Part shown: one piece after another, positions 38,129-47,419 of the stretch
Numbering within the stretch: position 1 is the stretch's first letter
Layout of the letters: each line of letters begins with the position of its first letter
Origin: Candidatus Saccharimonadales bacterium
Lineage (GTDB): Bacteria > Patescibacteriota > Saccharimonadia > Saccharimonadales > JAUPVS01
Direction of reading: 5' to 3'
DNA length: 64,000 nt
Assembly (NCBI GenBank): GCA_039920385.1
Contig: JBDSDR010000023.1
Span: 6,430 to 70,429, forward strand
Program-made: the position numbers and the translations under genes
Notes under the pieces: generated by a model
What the model saw: the letters and a program-made list of their open reading frames with translations, nothing else
Database searches by the model: none
Told to the model about the DNA's origin: nothing

Positions 38129-38545
38129 TTATTCGTCGCTGGCTGGACCAGTGTTGGGTAAAGCAGGCCCAGCCGGGGCTGGCGCTGGACTAGGCGTTGA
38201 TGTTGGCGCTGTGGGATTGCCAGAATTACTGCCAGTGTTGTCGCCAGAATCATCAGATGGAGTCTCGTTTTTGGCGGGGGATTGCTCTTGGTCGCCAGAT
38301 TTTAACTGAGTTGTAGCTGGCTCATTTTTAGAAGAAGAGTCAGTTAGCTTATGCCAGGTCCACCGGCCCGCCCAAAATAATCCCAGAACGATTAATAGAG
38401 TGACTAGGAAAGCAGCGATAGATAGAAGCCAAACCACCCAACCCTGACGGTTGCCACCAGCCTCGTAGTATTCTTTGACTGCCTTCGGTGAAACCTTATC
38501 TTTAAGGCTGTCTTCTGAGTTTTTTTTACGATTAAATGGCCACAT
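38129..38545 (-). CDS. Single-pass membrane protein with a Pro/Ser/Thr-rich tail
   Basis: TM helix WVVWLLSIAAFLVTLLIVLGLFWAG. The low-complexity C-terminus ends ...LPNTGPASDE. Confidence 0.5.
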   Translation of the reverse strand: MWPFNRKKNSEDSLKDKVSPKAVKEYYEAGGNRQGWVVWLLSIAAFLVTLLIVLGLFWAGRWTWHKLTDSSSKNEPATTQLKSGDQEQSPAKNETPSDDSGDNTGSNSGNPTAPTSTPSPAPAPAGPALPNTGPASDE

Positions 38546-38615
38546 ACCCCGACTCCTCTTTAGTTTTATCTACAGTAGTCCGGTATTGGACAGTTTGCAA
38601 GCAGTAGCGAATTGG

Positions 38616-40268
38616 CTACATGCCCATCATGCCGCCACCCATACCAGCAGCCGCACCAGCTTGGTCGCCAGCTTTTTCGGGGATGTCGACCACCAAAGCT
38701 CCCATAGTCATGCCAGTTCCGGCAATCGATACAGCATTTTGGATAGCTTCTTTGGTTACACGAGCTGGGTCAATAACACCGGCTGTCTTAAGATCAACCA
38801 GTTTTGTAGGCTTATTAACATCTACGCCGTAACCGGGCTTTTTATTATCGCGAATTTTAGGTAACCACTCATCGGGGTTCAAACCTGAATTTCGCAGCAA
38901 CTCAAAGAACGGCTGTAACAAGGCAGTCTTTAATAGTTGCCTACCGGCCGATTCGCTATCAGAACCTTTAACAACTATAGCCTCACTCAAATTAACTAAC
39001 GTAATGCCACCACCAGGGACAATCCCCTCTTCTAGGGCAGCTTTAACAGCGGCGACGGCGTCATCTACTCGGAACTTCTTTTCTTCGATTTCGGTTTCGG
39101 TAGCACCGCCAACTTTAATCACGGCAACTTTGCCGCTCAAGGCTGCTCGGCGCTTTTCGAGGTTTTCTTTGTCGTATTCACTAACTGCCGAAATAATCTG
39201 GGCATTGATTTGGTCAATCCGTGCCTCTAGGTCACGCTTTTGGCCGGCACCTTCGATGATAGTCGTTTCGTCTTTACGAACAATCACCTTGCGGGCACTA
39301 CCAACAACATCTAATTCGACATTCTCGAAGTCCATCCCCTGCTCTTCGCTAATTAGCGTCGCGCCGGTTAGGTAGGCGATGTCGAGTAAGACTTCTTTGC
39401 GCTGATCACCAAATGCTGGCGCTTTAACGGCAATAGTATTGAAAACACCTTTGAGCTTATTAAGTACCAAGGTACCTAGAGCTTCTCCATCGACATCATC
39501 AGCAATTAACACTAGGTCTTTTTTGCCAGCTGTAGCTAGTTTTTCTAGTAATGGCAAAAACTCCTGGATGCTAGTGATCCTTTTATCAGTTACAACGATA
39601 GCCGGTTTGTCAGCAATCGCCTCCATGCGAGTTGGGTCGGTCACCATATAGGCACTAACAAACCCGCGGTCCATCGTGAAGCCTTCGACAACTTCGCTCT
39701 CCAGGTCGAGTCCCTGGCCTTCTTCGACAGTAACAACACCTTCTTTGCCAACTTTATCGATAACATCGGCGATTAATTTACCGATCGAGGCATCACCAGC
39801 CGAGATTGTAGCAACTTCAGCCACGCGCGATTTCTTACCCTTAATGTCTTCGGCTAAACCGCCAAGTTTGGTAATAACTTCGCTAGCAGCCAGTTCCAGA
39901 CCGGTTCGTAGTTGCATTGGGTTGTGGCCAGCGGCAATCAGCTTGTTGGCTTCGTTGAGGATATGGTAAGTCAAAACCGTCACAGTAGTTGTACCGTCAC
40001 CCGCCACATCATTCATTTTGCTAGCTGCCTGCTTAATTAGCTCAGCGCCGACTTTGTAGCCTAGAGTTTCATCATCTTCTTCTGGCAAATCAACACCTTT
40101 GGCGACGGTTACCCCGTCGTGTGTAACGGTTGGCGCGCCATAGCTCTTACCAATTACCACATTACGACCTTTCGGCCCCATAGTGGTTTTAACTGCGTTA
40201 TAAAGAACCTCGGCACCGGCTAGCACGCGGCGGCGAGCGTCATCATCATAAAATACTTTTTTAGCCAT
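38616..40268 (-). CDS. groEL: Chaperonin GroEL
   Basis: 550 aa. AGDGTTTATV-type motif (AGDGTTTVTV). C-terminal GGM repeats (GMGGGMMGM). Confidence 0.98.
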   Translation of the reverse strand: MAKKVFYDDDARRRVLAGAEVLYNAVKTTMGPKGRNVVIGKSYGAPTVTHDGVTVAKGVDLPEEDDETLGYKVGAELIKQAASKMNDVAGDGTTTVTVLTYHILNEANKLIAAGHNPMQLRTGLELAASEVITKLGGLAEDIKGKKSRVAEVATISAGDASIGKLIADVIDKVGKEGVVTVEEGQGLDLESEVVEGFTMDRGFVSAYMVTDPTRMEAIADKPAIVVTDKRITSIQEFLPLLEKLATAGKKDLVLIADDVDGEALGTLVLNKLKGVFNTIAVKAPAFGDQRKEVLLDIAYLTGATLISEEQGMDFENVELDVVGSARKVIVRKDETTIIEGAGQKRDLEARIDQINAQIISAVSEYDKENLEKRRAALSGKVAVIKVGGATETEIEEKKFRVDDAVAAVKAALEEGIVPGGGITLVNLSEAIVVKGSDSESAGRQLLKTALLQPFFELLRNSGLNPDEWLPKIRDNKKPGYGVDVNKPTKLVDLKTAGVIDPARVTKEAIQNAVSIAGTGMTMGALVVDIPEKAGDQAGAAAGMGGGMMGM

Positions 40269-40276
40269 GATATCTC

Positions 40277-40546
40277 CTACTTAACAGTCGCGATTATGTT
40301 ATTTTTAGAAACCACTACGTAATCGTCACTACCAACTTTCACGGTAGTTGTTTCGTACTCGTTCTTATAAATAACCAGTTGACCAACCTTAACTTCGTCG
40401 ACGTTCTTGCCAACAGCAATTACTTTGGCAGTTTTAGGCTTTTCTTGGGCGGACTCTGGAATATATAGCCCACTTTTAGTTTTAGATGCCGCTTTTTCGG
40501 CTTGTACGACAATATAGTCAGGCATCGGATTTATAGATGTTGCCAT
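40277..40546 (-). CDS. groES: Co-chaperonin GroES
   Basis: 89 aa with mobile-loop region KTKSGLYIPESAQEKP. AGGAGG SD. Located directly upstream of groEL. Confidence 0.96.
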   Translation of the reverse strand: MATSINPMPDYIVVQAEKAASKTKSGLYIPESAQEKPKTAKVIAVGKNVDEVKVGQLVIYKNEYETTTVKVGSDDYVVVSKNNIIATVK

Positions 40547-40588
40547 AAGGACCTCCTCTTTTATGTAGGAGCATTGTACCGAAGTTTT

Positions 40589-40615
40589 TTGGCACTTTCA
40601 AGCCTAGAGTGCTAA
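40589..40615 (-). promoter_or_regulatory. CIRCE-like operator (HrcA site) upstream of groES
   Basis: TTGGCACTT-N9-GAGTGCTAA compared with the consensus TTAGCACTC-N9-GAGTGCTAA. It ends 1 nt from the stop codon of the upstream kinase-like gene. Confidence 0.8.
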
Positions 40616-40616
40616 T

Positions 40617-41696
40617 TTACAATGTTGCGCAGGTCTCTTGATACATCTGGATGTCTTCTTTTAACATCTCGGTCAACTTGGCCAGTTCGTCTTCTACCTC
40701 GTCTAACCTTTGTTTGCCACCTTGTCGCGGCTTAGTGCCGGTGCTAGCCTCCATGCGGCGTACTTCGCAATACTCGTCAAAGAATATATCGCAAAAACCC
40801 TGCCACCAATCGCCATCTTTTCCATAAAATAGACCAATCCCGGTTTTAAACTTTACATGGGTAGGACGGCACATAGACTCAAGTAGAATCGATAAGTCAC
40901 TATGGCTTCGCAATAAGCTCACTTTAGTGTCTGTTACTGGCGCAAGGCTCAAATTAGCTTTCTCCCAATCAATAATAAATACTCCGCCTTCGGCTGATGT
41001 AGCGATATTTCGGGGGGCAAGATCACCGTGCGACATATTGCCGTGAGCATGAATAATTGCAATTTGTTGGCTAACTTCCCGCCAAATTTCTTGCATGCCT
41101 GGGTTCTGGGTCGTGTCAGGGAAGAAATCGGACCAGTTAATACCCTCCAAAGTGGTTAGTGTTTCATCGAGTAATGATAAGGAATAGGCGGTTTTTTCAT
41201 TTTCAGTCCCGCTGATAATGTAGCCAACCGATTCTGGGGTATAGAAACCAAGCTTCTGAACGGCGTCGTTATTTAGGTAATCCCTTAAGCACGAATCAAT
41301 CGGGTTAGTTTCGTGCGGCTTTACGGCTACCGGGATGAGCTGATCGGCCCCAACTCGAAGGTTTCCAAAGAACACCCCGTGATGAGTACTTTTACCACCA
41401 CGTGAGACACGTGGTTCAAACGAGAGATTTTCACTTGCTAAGAAAGATGATTGAGCTAAGCCTTCGGAAATAAAAAAGGTGGGCTCCTCGCCAGCATCAT
41501 AAGTTCTAAACCGAACGATGGCTTCATCGGTAGGGTGTTCACTTTCTAGGTCTAGCTCAACCGTACTAACGCATATTTTGGACACCTGGCTAATTGCATC
41601 GTTGAAAACCTGAACTCTTTGCAGCTCTTGATCCTCCAAGTGTTCGTAGCCGGCTGGTATGGGTTGACTATCGAGGTGCTCTGTCGTCGCCATCAT
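40617..41696 (-). CDS. Kinase-fold phosphotransferase (APH/choline-kinase-like)
   Basis: Catalytic-loop HGDLAPRNI followed by FIIDWEKA. Substrate unknown. Confidence 0.65.
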   Translation of the reverse strand: MMATTEHLDSQPIPAGYEHLEDQELQRVQVFNDAISQVSKICVSTVELDLESEHPTDEAIVRFRTYDAGEEPTFFISEGLAQSSFLASENLSFEPRVSRGGKSTHHGVFFGNLRVGADQLIPVAVKPHETNPIDSCLRDYLNNDAVQKLGFYTPESVGYIISGTENEKTAYSLSLLDETLTTLEGINWSDFFPDTTQNPGMQEIWREVSQQIAIIHAHGNMSHGDLAPRNIATSAEGGVFIIDWEKANLSLAPVTDTKVSLLRSHSDLSILLESMCRPTHVKFKTGIGLFYGKDGDWWQGFCDIFFDEYCEVRRMEASTGTKPRQGGKQRLDEVEDELAKLTEMLKEDIQMYQETCATL

Positions 41697-42298
41697 TAGT
41701 TCCCCTCTTCGCTGAACCCCATACGGAAGTACGCCAACAACTCTCGATCGGTTGTGGCTAGCTCGTCTTTAATCTTTGTAACGTAGTAATCAATGGGGTC
41801 TGTTACCTCTGGTAAAGCCGTGATGGCCTGTTCAACTCCAGGAACTAGGAATAAACGCCTTTCAGCTGGTTGGGTGAATTCAACAAATGCTATGTCTTCG
41901 CCAACTTTCGATGTGACTAGGCCCCCGTCTGTAACCTTGTAGGTTTTGGCCAGTAGCTCACCCAAGTCATAAAATAACTGGTCATCACCATAGGAAAAAG
42001 CTCCTTTGGCTTCAGAGTGAGCATCATAGATGATAGGTCGGCTGGCAGCTGGTATCCTAAAAAGATCGACTGAACCGGCTCTATCAAGCTGGTGTCCTAA
42101 AAGAACCCCCGAATTTCGAAGCTTATCACGAGTTACCTCGTGTTCAGCATCAGCGGCTGGATATTCTAGGGTTCTGACTTTGGCACTCGGATGGACCACC
42201 AATCGATCAACTCTAGCCAGTCTTTGACTGCTAAAACTGTAGCGGCTGCCAGTTGGGCGCTCACCGTTGTTCAAACCATTAATTCGGGGTATTTCCAT
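41696..42298 (-). CDS. Hypothetical protein translationally coupled to the kinase-like gene
   Basis: ATGA overlap with the downstream gene. I place the start at Met15 (MEIPRING...), with extended -10 TGCTATAAT 9 nt upstream. Confidence 0.5.
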   Translation of the reverse strand: MEIPRINGLNNGERPTGSRYSFSSQRLARVDRLVVHPSAKVRTLEYPAADAEHEVTRDKLRNSGVLLGHQLDRAGSVDLFRIPAASRPIIYDAHSEAKGAFSYGDDQLFYDLGELLAKTYKVTDGGLVTSKVGEDIAFVEFTQPAERRLFLVPGVEQAITALPEVTDPIDYYVTKIKDELATTDRELLAYFRMGFSEEGN

Positions 42299-42397
42299 TA
42301 CTATATTATTATAGCATAAAAATTGCCTGTAAGCAAGCACTTAACAGTGGTTAGATTGTTTATGCTTCAGACCTAATTTTGTGTACAATTCTTGGTG

Positions 42398-43252
42398 ATG
42401 ACTTTGCTTAATAACCGTCTTTTGATGTCTGGCACCGAGTACTTTAATGATGATTTTGCAATCAACCCCTATATGGATAGCACGCTAGCAATTGATAAAC
42501 AGAAGGCCGCGGCCGAGCACATCGCAATTAAACAAGCTTTTGAAGAGGCTGGTGCTAACGTCGAAGTCGTGCCCGCCCCTGCTGACTGCCAAGATGGCGT
42601 CTACACCGCAAACTGGGCTTTGTTAAGGGGTGATCTGGCGGTTTTATCATCACTGCCAAACAAGCGCCAAGCCGAAGAACCTCATGCCAAAAAAATTTTA
42701 CGAGATCACGGCAAAACAGTTATTGAGGCTCCTTACCGATTTAGTGGCCAAGGCGATGCCCTACCTTGTGGTAACCGCCTATTTATGGGGACAACTTACC
42801 GCACCGACCCGCGCATGCATAATTTTATAGCCGAAAAGCTTGGCTTTCAGGTAATTAGCCTGCAAACCATCCCCTCCATCAAAGATGGAGTGCCAGTTAT
42901 CAATCAGGTTACAGGCTGGCCGGACAGCTTCTTTTATGATCTCGATCTCGCCTTGGCAGTTTTAACTCCCGACTTGATTGCCTGGTGCCCAGAAGCGTTT
43001 GTCCCAGAGAGCCAAGCCAGACTTCATAAGTTAGACATCGGTAAAATTGAGGTTAGTCTTGAGGAAGCAACCAAAGGCTTTGCCTGCAATCTAGTTTCGA
43101 CCGGCCAGACGGTCATTATGAGCTCTAATGCACCCCTTTTAAAGGCTGCTATTGAAGCCAAAGGGCTCAATACCATAACTCCCGCAGTAACCGAGCTATC
43201 CAAAGGTGGCGGCTACATCCGCTGCGTCAGTTTATCGCTTGATAACAGCTAG
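42398..43252 (+). CDS. Guanidino-group-modifying enzyme superfamily protein (DDAH/amidinotransferase-like)
   Basis: C-terminal GGGYIRCVSL is a catalytic Cys motif of GGGxxRC type. The ~285-aa size fits DDAH-like enzymes rather than ArcA. The TTG/GTG/ATG cluster at 42392-42400 makes the exact start uncertain. Confidence 0.65.
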   Translation: MTLLNNRLLMSGTEYFNDDFAINPYMDSTLAIDKQKAAAEHIAIKQAFEEAGANVEVVPAPADCQDGVYTANWALLRGDLAVLSSLPNKRQAEEPHAKKILRDHGKTVIEAPYRFSGQGDALPCGNRLFMGTTYRTDPRMHNFIAEKLGFQVISLQTIPSIKDGVPVINQVTGWPDSFFYDLDLALAVLTPDLIAWCPEAFVPESQARLHKLDIGKIEVSLEEATKGFACNLVSTGQTVIMSSNAPLLKAAIEAKGLNTITPAVTELSKGGGYIRCVSLSLDNS

Positions 43253-44593
43253 CAAAGCGCGTTTAGCTTCGGCAATTTCGTCCCATTTATGCTCAACAAC
43301 TCTTTGAGGATCGTGATCGTCTTGCTTTAAGTGGCGTAACTCGGCAGCCTTAGGGCCATTCCGCAAGATATCTTTTTCGTGACCCTTACCCAGTAACAGC
43401 ACTGTATCACCGGCTTTGGCGTGTTGCATAGCTAAAGCAATTGCCTTGGGCCGATCATGCTCCAAGAACAGGTTCTTTCCCTGGGTCTTGCCCTTAGACT
43501 CGGCGGCTTTGGCAATCATTTCCATAATTTCTTGGCCATCGATATCGCGGTCATCCTCTTCGGTAACAATGATTTCATCGGCGTATTGGCCGGCCAGCTC
43601 TCCCTGCGTTACCCGCTTTTCTTCATCACGTCGCCCAGCTGAGCCGAACATTACAATTAATTTGCCCTTGACCACTGGCTTAAGATCTTTAAATAACTTT
43701 TCAAAGCTATCAGGCGTGTGGGCATAGTCGACAATCACACTAAATTTTTGGCCTTCATCAACTCGGGTCATCCGGCCTTCGACACCCTCAAGAGCCGCAA
43801 TTCCCTGTTCGATTTGTTGTTTGGTCAAACCGAGTGTGTGCCCAACACCAACCGCTGCTAAGGAGTTATAAACGTTAAAACTGCCCGGTAACTTACAGTT
43901 AATCGCATACTCGCTGCCGTCCATGGTTGTCGAATAACTAACCCCATCTGGGGATAATTGAACATTTTTGGCCTTTAGGTCGCCCTGCTTAATACCATAG
44001 CTGAGAGGATTTTTAACATCGCTAGCAAATAAGGCTCCATTGGGGTCATCAGCGTTTACGATGCCGACTTGTAAGCCTTTTTTATTCTGATTACACATCT
44101 TGAACATTAGCCGCTTGGCGTCTCGGTAGCGTTCAAAAGTACCGTGATAGTCCAAATGCTCATGGGTTAGATTGGTCATGACGGCAATACTGTAGGGTAC
44201 GCCCCACATCCGGTGCTGGGCCAAGGCATGACTAGTGGTTTCGAGCACTAGCCACTCCATCCCCTCAGCTTTCATTTGCTTGAGGCGCGTCATCAGTTCT
44301 GGCACCGTCACACTGGTCATGTGGGCGACTTGAGGCTTAATATCGTTGCCCACACCATAGGCTACTGTGGTCATTAAGCCAACTTTGTAGCCAGCTTCAT
44401 GCATCATCCGATGAATAATAAATGAGGTTGAGGTTTTGCCATTAGTTCCGGTAACACCAATAATCTTCAGGCCTTTTGCGGGAAAGCGATTGATAGTATT
44501 CAGCAGCATTGCCTCGCCCAAATGCCCGTAGGGCTCGACTTTTTTAAAGGTTTTAGTCGGGATTAACTTCTTAACCGTGCTACGTAGATTCAT
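43232..44593 (-). CDS. murE: Mur ligase, MurE-like (UDP-MurNAc-tripeptide synthetase)
   Basis: GVTGTNGKTSTSFI P-loop. Central and C-terminal Mur ligase domains. The residue-specifying DNPR motif is replaced (VTEEDDRD). Confidence 0.7.
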   Translation of the reverse strand: MNLRSTVKKLIPTKTFKKVEPYGHLGEAMLLNTINRFPAKGLKIIGVTGTNGKTSTSFIIHRMMHEAGYKVGLMTTVAYGVGNDIKPQVAHMTSVTVPELMTRLKQMKAEGMEWLVLETTSHALAQHRMWGVPYSIAVMTNLTHEHLDYHGTFERYRDAKRLMFKMCNQNKKGLQVGIVNADDPNGALFASDVKNPLSYGIKQGDLKAKNVQLSPDGVSYSTTMDGSEYAINCKLPGSFNVYNSLAAVGVGHTLGLTKQQIEQGIAALEGVEGRMTRVDEGQKFSVIVDYAHTPDSFEKLFKDLKPVVKGKLIVMFGSAGRRDEEKRVTQGELAGQYADEIIVTEEDDRDIDGQEIMEMIAKAAESKGKTQGKNLFLEHDRPKAIALAMQHAKAGDTVLLLGKGHEKDILRNGPKAAELRHLKQDDHDPQRVVEHKWDEIAEAKRALLAVIKR

Positions 44594-44629
44594 TACCCAT
44601 AAGTATACAAGTTATTGCCAGAGTGTCTG

Positions 44630-45817
44630 CTATTTTCCAGCAATAGCTGGCACATTTTCGACATGAACTGGGGTAATTAGTTCGACATTATTACTTGGGT
44701 CGGCACTGAGGTCACAGTAATAGCCGAACATTTTTGACTCCAGCGGGTTAACAAACTGTTCGTGTTCGGAGTCGGCATTAGCACCTAGTACGCCATTTTG
44801 ATTTGTAAGACCAACTAAGGCATGGCCAAATTCGTGACTAATCGTAACGGCCGTCATTTGGTCAGGTGGCAAAATCTTATCTTGGTCTATTAACTCTGGG
44901 CTGTAGTAGCTTTTAGCAAAACCTTCACCGTTATCTAGGGCCATCACAAACTGATTGAGACTTGGGGCTGACGGATCTTCCTGAAAGGCCCGACCATTAA
45001 CACCACCACTACAGCGACCCTGCTTAACCATAAGGTCGGTTTTTTCGGCAAGTTGTTGTTGGCCAGCCGAATCTCCAGCGTCAGGGCGAGTTAGACATAG
45101 CTTTTCGTCAGATACCAATACTACATCCAACTTTAACTTAATCTGTCCCTTGGCGGCCAGGGCTTGAATTTCTTCAATCTGGTTGCTAATTGGGCTGTTT
45201 TCGATAGTCCCGGCCTGGCTAATTAGTTCGTTGACCATGACATCTAGGGCCCTGACGTCAACTGACAATGGCTCGCGTTTATCATCAAGCTTGCTGGTAT
45301 AGAGGTTAACTTTTATACCGCTACTTAACTGTGTTGCCGTCATAAACTCTGCCTGATGCGACTCTAAAATCTTGGTCATTGTGGCTTGCTCTTGTTGAGC
45401 TACCCGTTCCTTACCAGGTTCTGACACCATCGCGAATGGCGTGCTTTGCTCAACAGCTTTTGACTCTTCGTAGTGTAGCTCGATGATTGATCTGGCGCGC
45501 TCAACACTGGTATCGGCAGTACTGGCTTCTTGACTAGTCGTGACCGGCTGAACTTCTTCACTGCCCTGCCCAGTTTTAAATGCCCCAAAAGCACCTAACG
45601 TTGCCAGGCCGGCTACAGCAATTGCTCCAAATTTCTTTTTTAAAGAATGGCCATGTGGCGCGTCGACTGTCTCTGGTAAAACTGGGGAGAAATCAAAACT
45701 ACTAGGGGGACGCTGTCGACTTACGGTAGCTTCCGGCCTGCTTGGCGCTGGCATCACCGGGCTGATGGGCGCACCATGGCGACCGGGAGGAGGTGGATAG
45801 TTAGGTGATTCTGGCAT
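44630..45817 (-). CDS. Membrane-anchored putative zinc metalloprotease (HExxH)
   Basis: Pro-rich cytoplasmic N-terminus, one TM helix (AIAVAGLATLGAFGAF) and an extracytoplasmic domain with TISHEFGHALVG. Confidence 0.55.
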   Translation of the reverse strand: MPESPNYPPPPGRHGAPISPVMPAPSRPEATVSRQRPPSSFDFSPVLPETVDAPHGHSLKKKFGAIAVAGLATLGAFGAFKTGQGSEEVQPVTTSQEASTADTSVERARSIIELHYEESKAVEQSTPFAMVSEPGKERVAQQEQATMTKILESHQAEFMTATQLSSGIKVNLYTSKLDDKREPLSVDVRALDVMVNELISQAGTIENSPISNQIEEIQALAAKGQIKLKLDVVLVSDEKLCLTRPDAGDSAGQQQLAEKTDLMVKQGRCSGGVNGRAFQEDPSAPSLNQFVMALDNGEGFAKSYYSPELIDQDKILPPDQMTAVTISHEFGHALVGLTNQNGVLGANADSEHEQFVNPLESKMFGYYCDLSADPSNNVELITPVHVENVPAIAGK

Positions 45818-45904
45818 TTTTGTTTTAGTACTTTCACTTTAAACATTAGCATAATATTGGCTTTTTGGCAAGGGTATGATGTGGTTTTATGCGATAATAC
45901 AGGG

Positions 45905-46966
45905 ATGAAGATTTTAGGAATCGAATCGAGTTGCGACGAAACTGCTGCCGCGGTTGTCGAAGATGGCCGCACTTTACTCGGCAACGCCGTAGCTACTAGC
46001 ATGGATATTCATGCTCAGTACGGTGGTGTAATCCCCGAAATTGCCGCCCGTAGTCACATTGAGTCGATTATCCCTGTTATTAAAGAGGCTTTAGACCAAG
46101 CTAACTGCACCTGGGAAGACATTGATGGCGTTGCAGTTACCTACGGCGCCGGGCTGAGTGGCTGCTTGCTCGTTGGTGTTATGACGGCTCGTACCTTGGC
46201 GATTACGCATAACAAGCCGCTTTACGCCGCCAACCATGTTGAGGGCCATGTCTATGCTAACTTCTTAACCAACACTCCCCTACCCGGCTATGTTTTACCG
46301 GCCGAGCCACCTAAGTTCCCATTATTGGCCTTAATCGTCAGTGGTGGGCATAGCCAACTAGTGCTGTTTCGTGACCATTTCGACTACACACTACTTGGTC
46401 AGACCCACGATGACGCCATTGGCGAAGCCTTTGACAAGGTCGCTAAAGTACTCGGTCTCCCCTACCCTGGCGGCCCAAGCATTGGCAAAAAAGCCCTAGA
46501 TGGTGACCCTACAGCCTTTACTTTCCCCAAAGCGAAGATGCCAGGCAAATACGATTTTAGCTTTTCTGGGCCAAAAACAGCCGTTTTAAGAACTATTCAA
46601 GAACTTTGTGGTAAAGCACACGACTTCCCATCATTTAAGCTAGCAAAGCTACTCAGTGAGCCTCAGAAGGCCGATATTGCCGCCAGCTTCCAGCGTATTG
46701 CCATTGAAACCGTGGTTGATAAGACAATCATGGCTTATGAGGAGTTCTCGCCAGCTAACGTGGTCATTGCCGGTGGCGTGGCAGCCAGCCCTGAGTTACG
46801 ACGTCAGCTAGAAGAACGACTGCCCTGCCCGATCAGTTACACCGACCCTAAACTTTGCACAGATAACGGCGCCATGATTGCCACGTTAGGCTATTTTATG
46901 GCAAAAAAAGATCGACCAAAGGCCGATCCGTATAGCTTGGCCATAGAGCCGAATTTATCGATGTAG
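45905..46966 (+). CDS. tsaD: tRNA N6-adenosine threonylcarbamoyltransferase TsaD
   Basis: MKILGIESSCDETAAAV... and GGVIPEIAARSH. Start at ATG 45905, with extended -10 TGcGATAAT 6 nt upstream. Confidence 0.93.
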   Translation: MKILGIESSCDETAAAVVEDGRTLLGNAVATSMDIHAQYGGVIPEIAARSHIESIIPVIKEALDQANCTWEDIDGVAVTYGAGLSGCLLVGVMTARTLAITHNKPLYAANHVEGHVYANFLTNTPLPGYVLPAEPPKFPLLALIVSGGHSQLVLFRDHFDYTLLGQTHDDAIGEAFDKVAKVLGLPYPGGPSIGKKALDGDPTAFTFPKAKMPGKYDFSFSGPKTAVLRTIQELCGKAHDFPSFKLAKLLSEPQKADIAASFQRIAIETVVDKTIMAYEEFSPANVVIAGGVAASPELRRQLEERLPCPISYTDPKLCTDNGAMIATLGYFMAKKDRPKADPYSLAIEPNLSM

Positions 46967-47419
46967 ATTAGCTTTAGTATGGCGGTCGTCGAAACCGTGA
47001 TCGTGCGTTGTGCCGTGGCCACCGTCATGACGAACCGGTAGATGTTGTCGGGCATGAGTTATGTTTGACAGTCGGGTCATACTTGCCGCGTAAGAACGCT
47101 GCTTAGAAGTTGGGCGCTGGGATACTACCGCGACTATTAACTGATCAGGCGTGACTGGTTCTGGTGATTCCATCCTGTTTAGGGCGGTGTTGACCTGGCG
47201 GGCTTTTCGGCTCAGATACTTGCTGTCATCTACCCACACAACTTGGACTTCGGGGTGAACTAACTTCTCTATCATGTCGATTGCTTCAAAATTTGTCAGA
47301 TCACGACCGAGGGCTTCATCATATACGCCGCTACTCTGAACAAGGTCAGCGCGTGGCAACTCAGCTATAACAAATGGGGCTGGTGTTAAATCGGGTGTTT
47401 CTCTCATACAGTGCGCCAT
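46955..47419 (-). CDS. Hypothetical protein with a His-rich C-terminus
   Basis: 154-aa ORF with no recognised motif. C-terminus HDGGHGTTHDHGFDDRH. Confidence 0.45.
   Translation of the reverse strand: MAHCMRETPDLTPAPFVIAELPRADLVQSSGVYDEALGRDLTNFEAIDMIEKLVHPEVQVVWVDDSKYLSRKARQVNTALNRMESPEPVTPDQLIVAVVSQRPTSKQRSYAASMTRLSNITHARQHLPVRHDGGHGTTHDHGFDDRHTKANLHR

Noticed and set aside
38129-38160. LPNTG near the C-terminus of the 138-aa membrane protein, considered as a possible sortase sorting signal
   Set aside because: The motif is followed by only five polar residues (PASDE). A cell-wall sorting signal needs a hydrophobic segment and a basic tail. The protein is anchored by an N-terminal TM helix instead.
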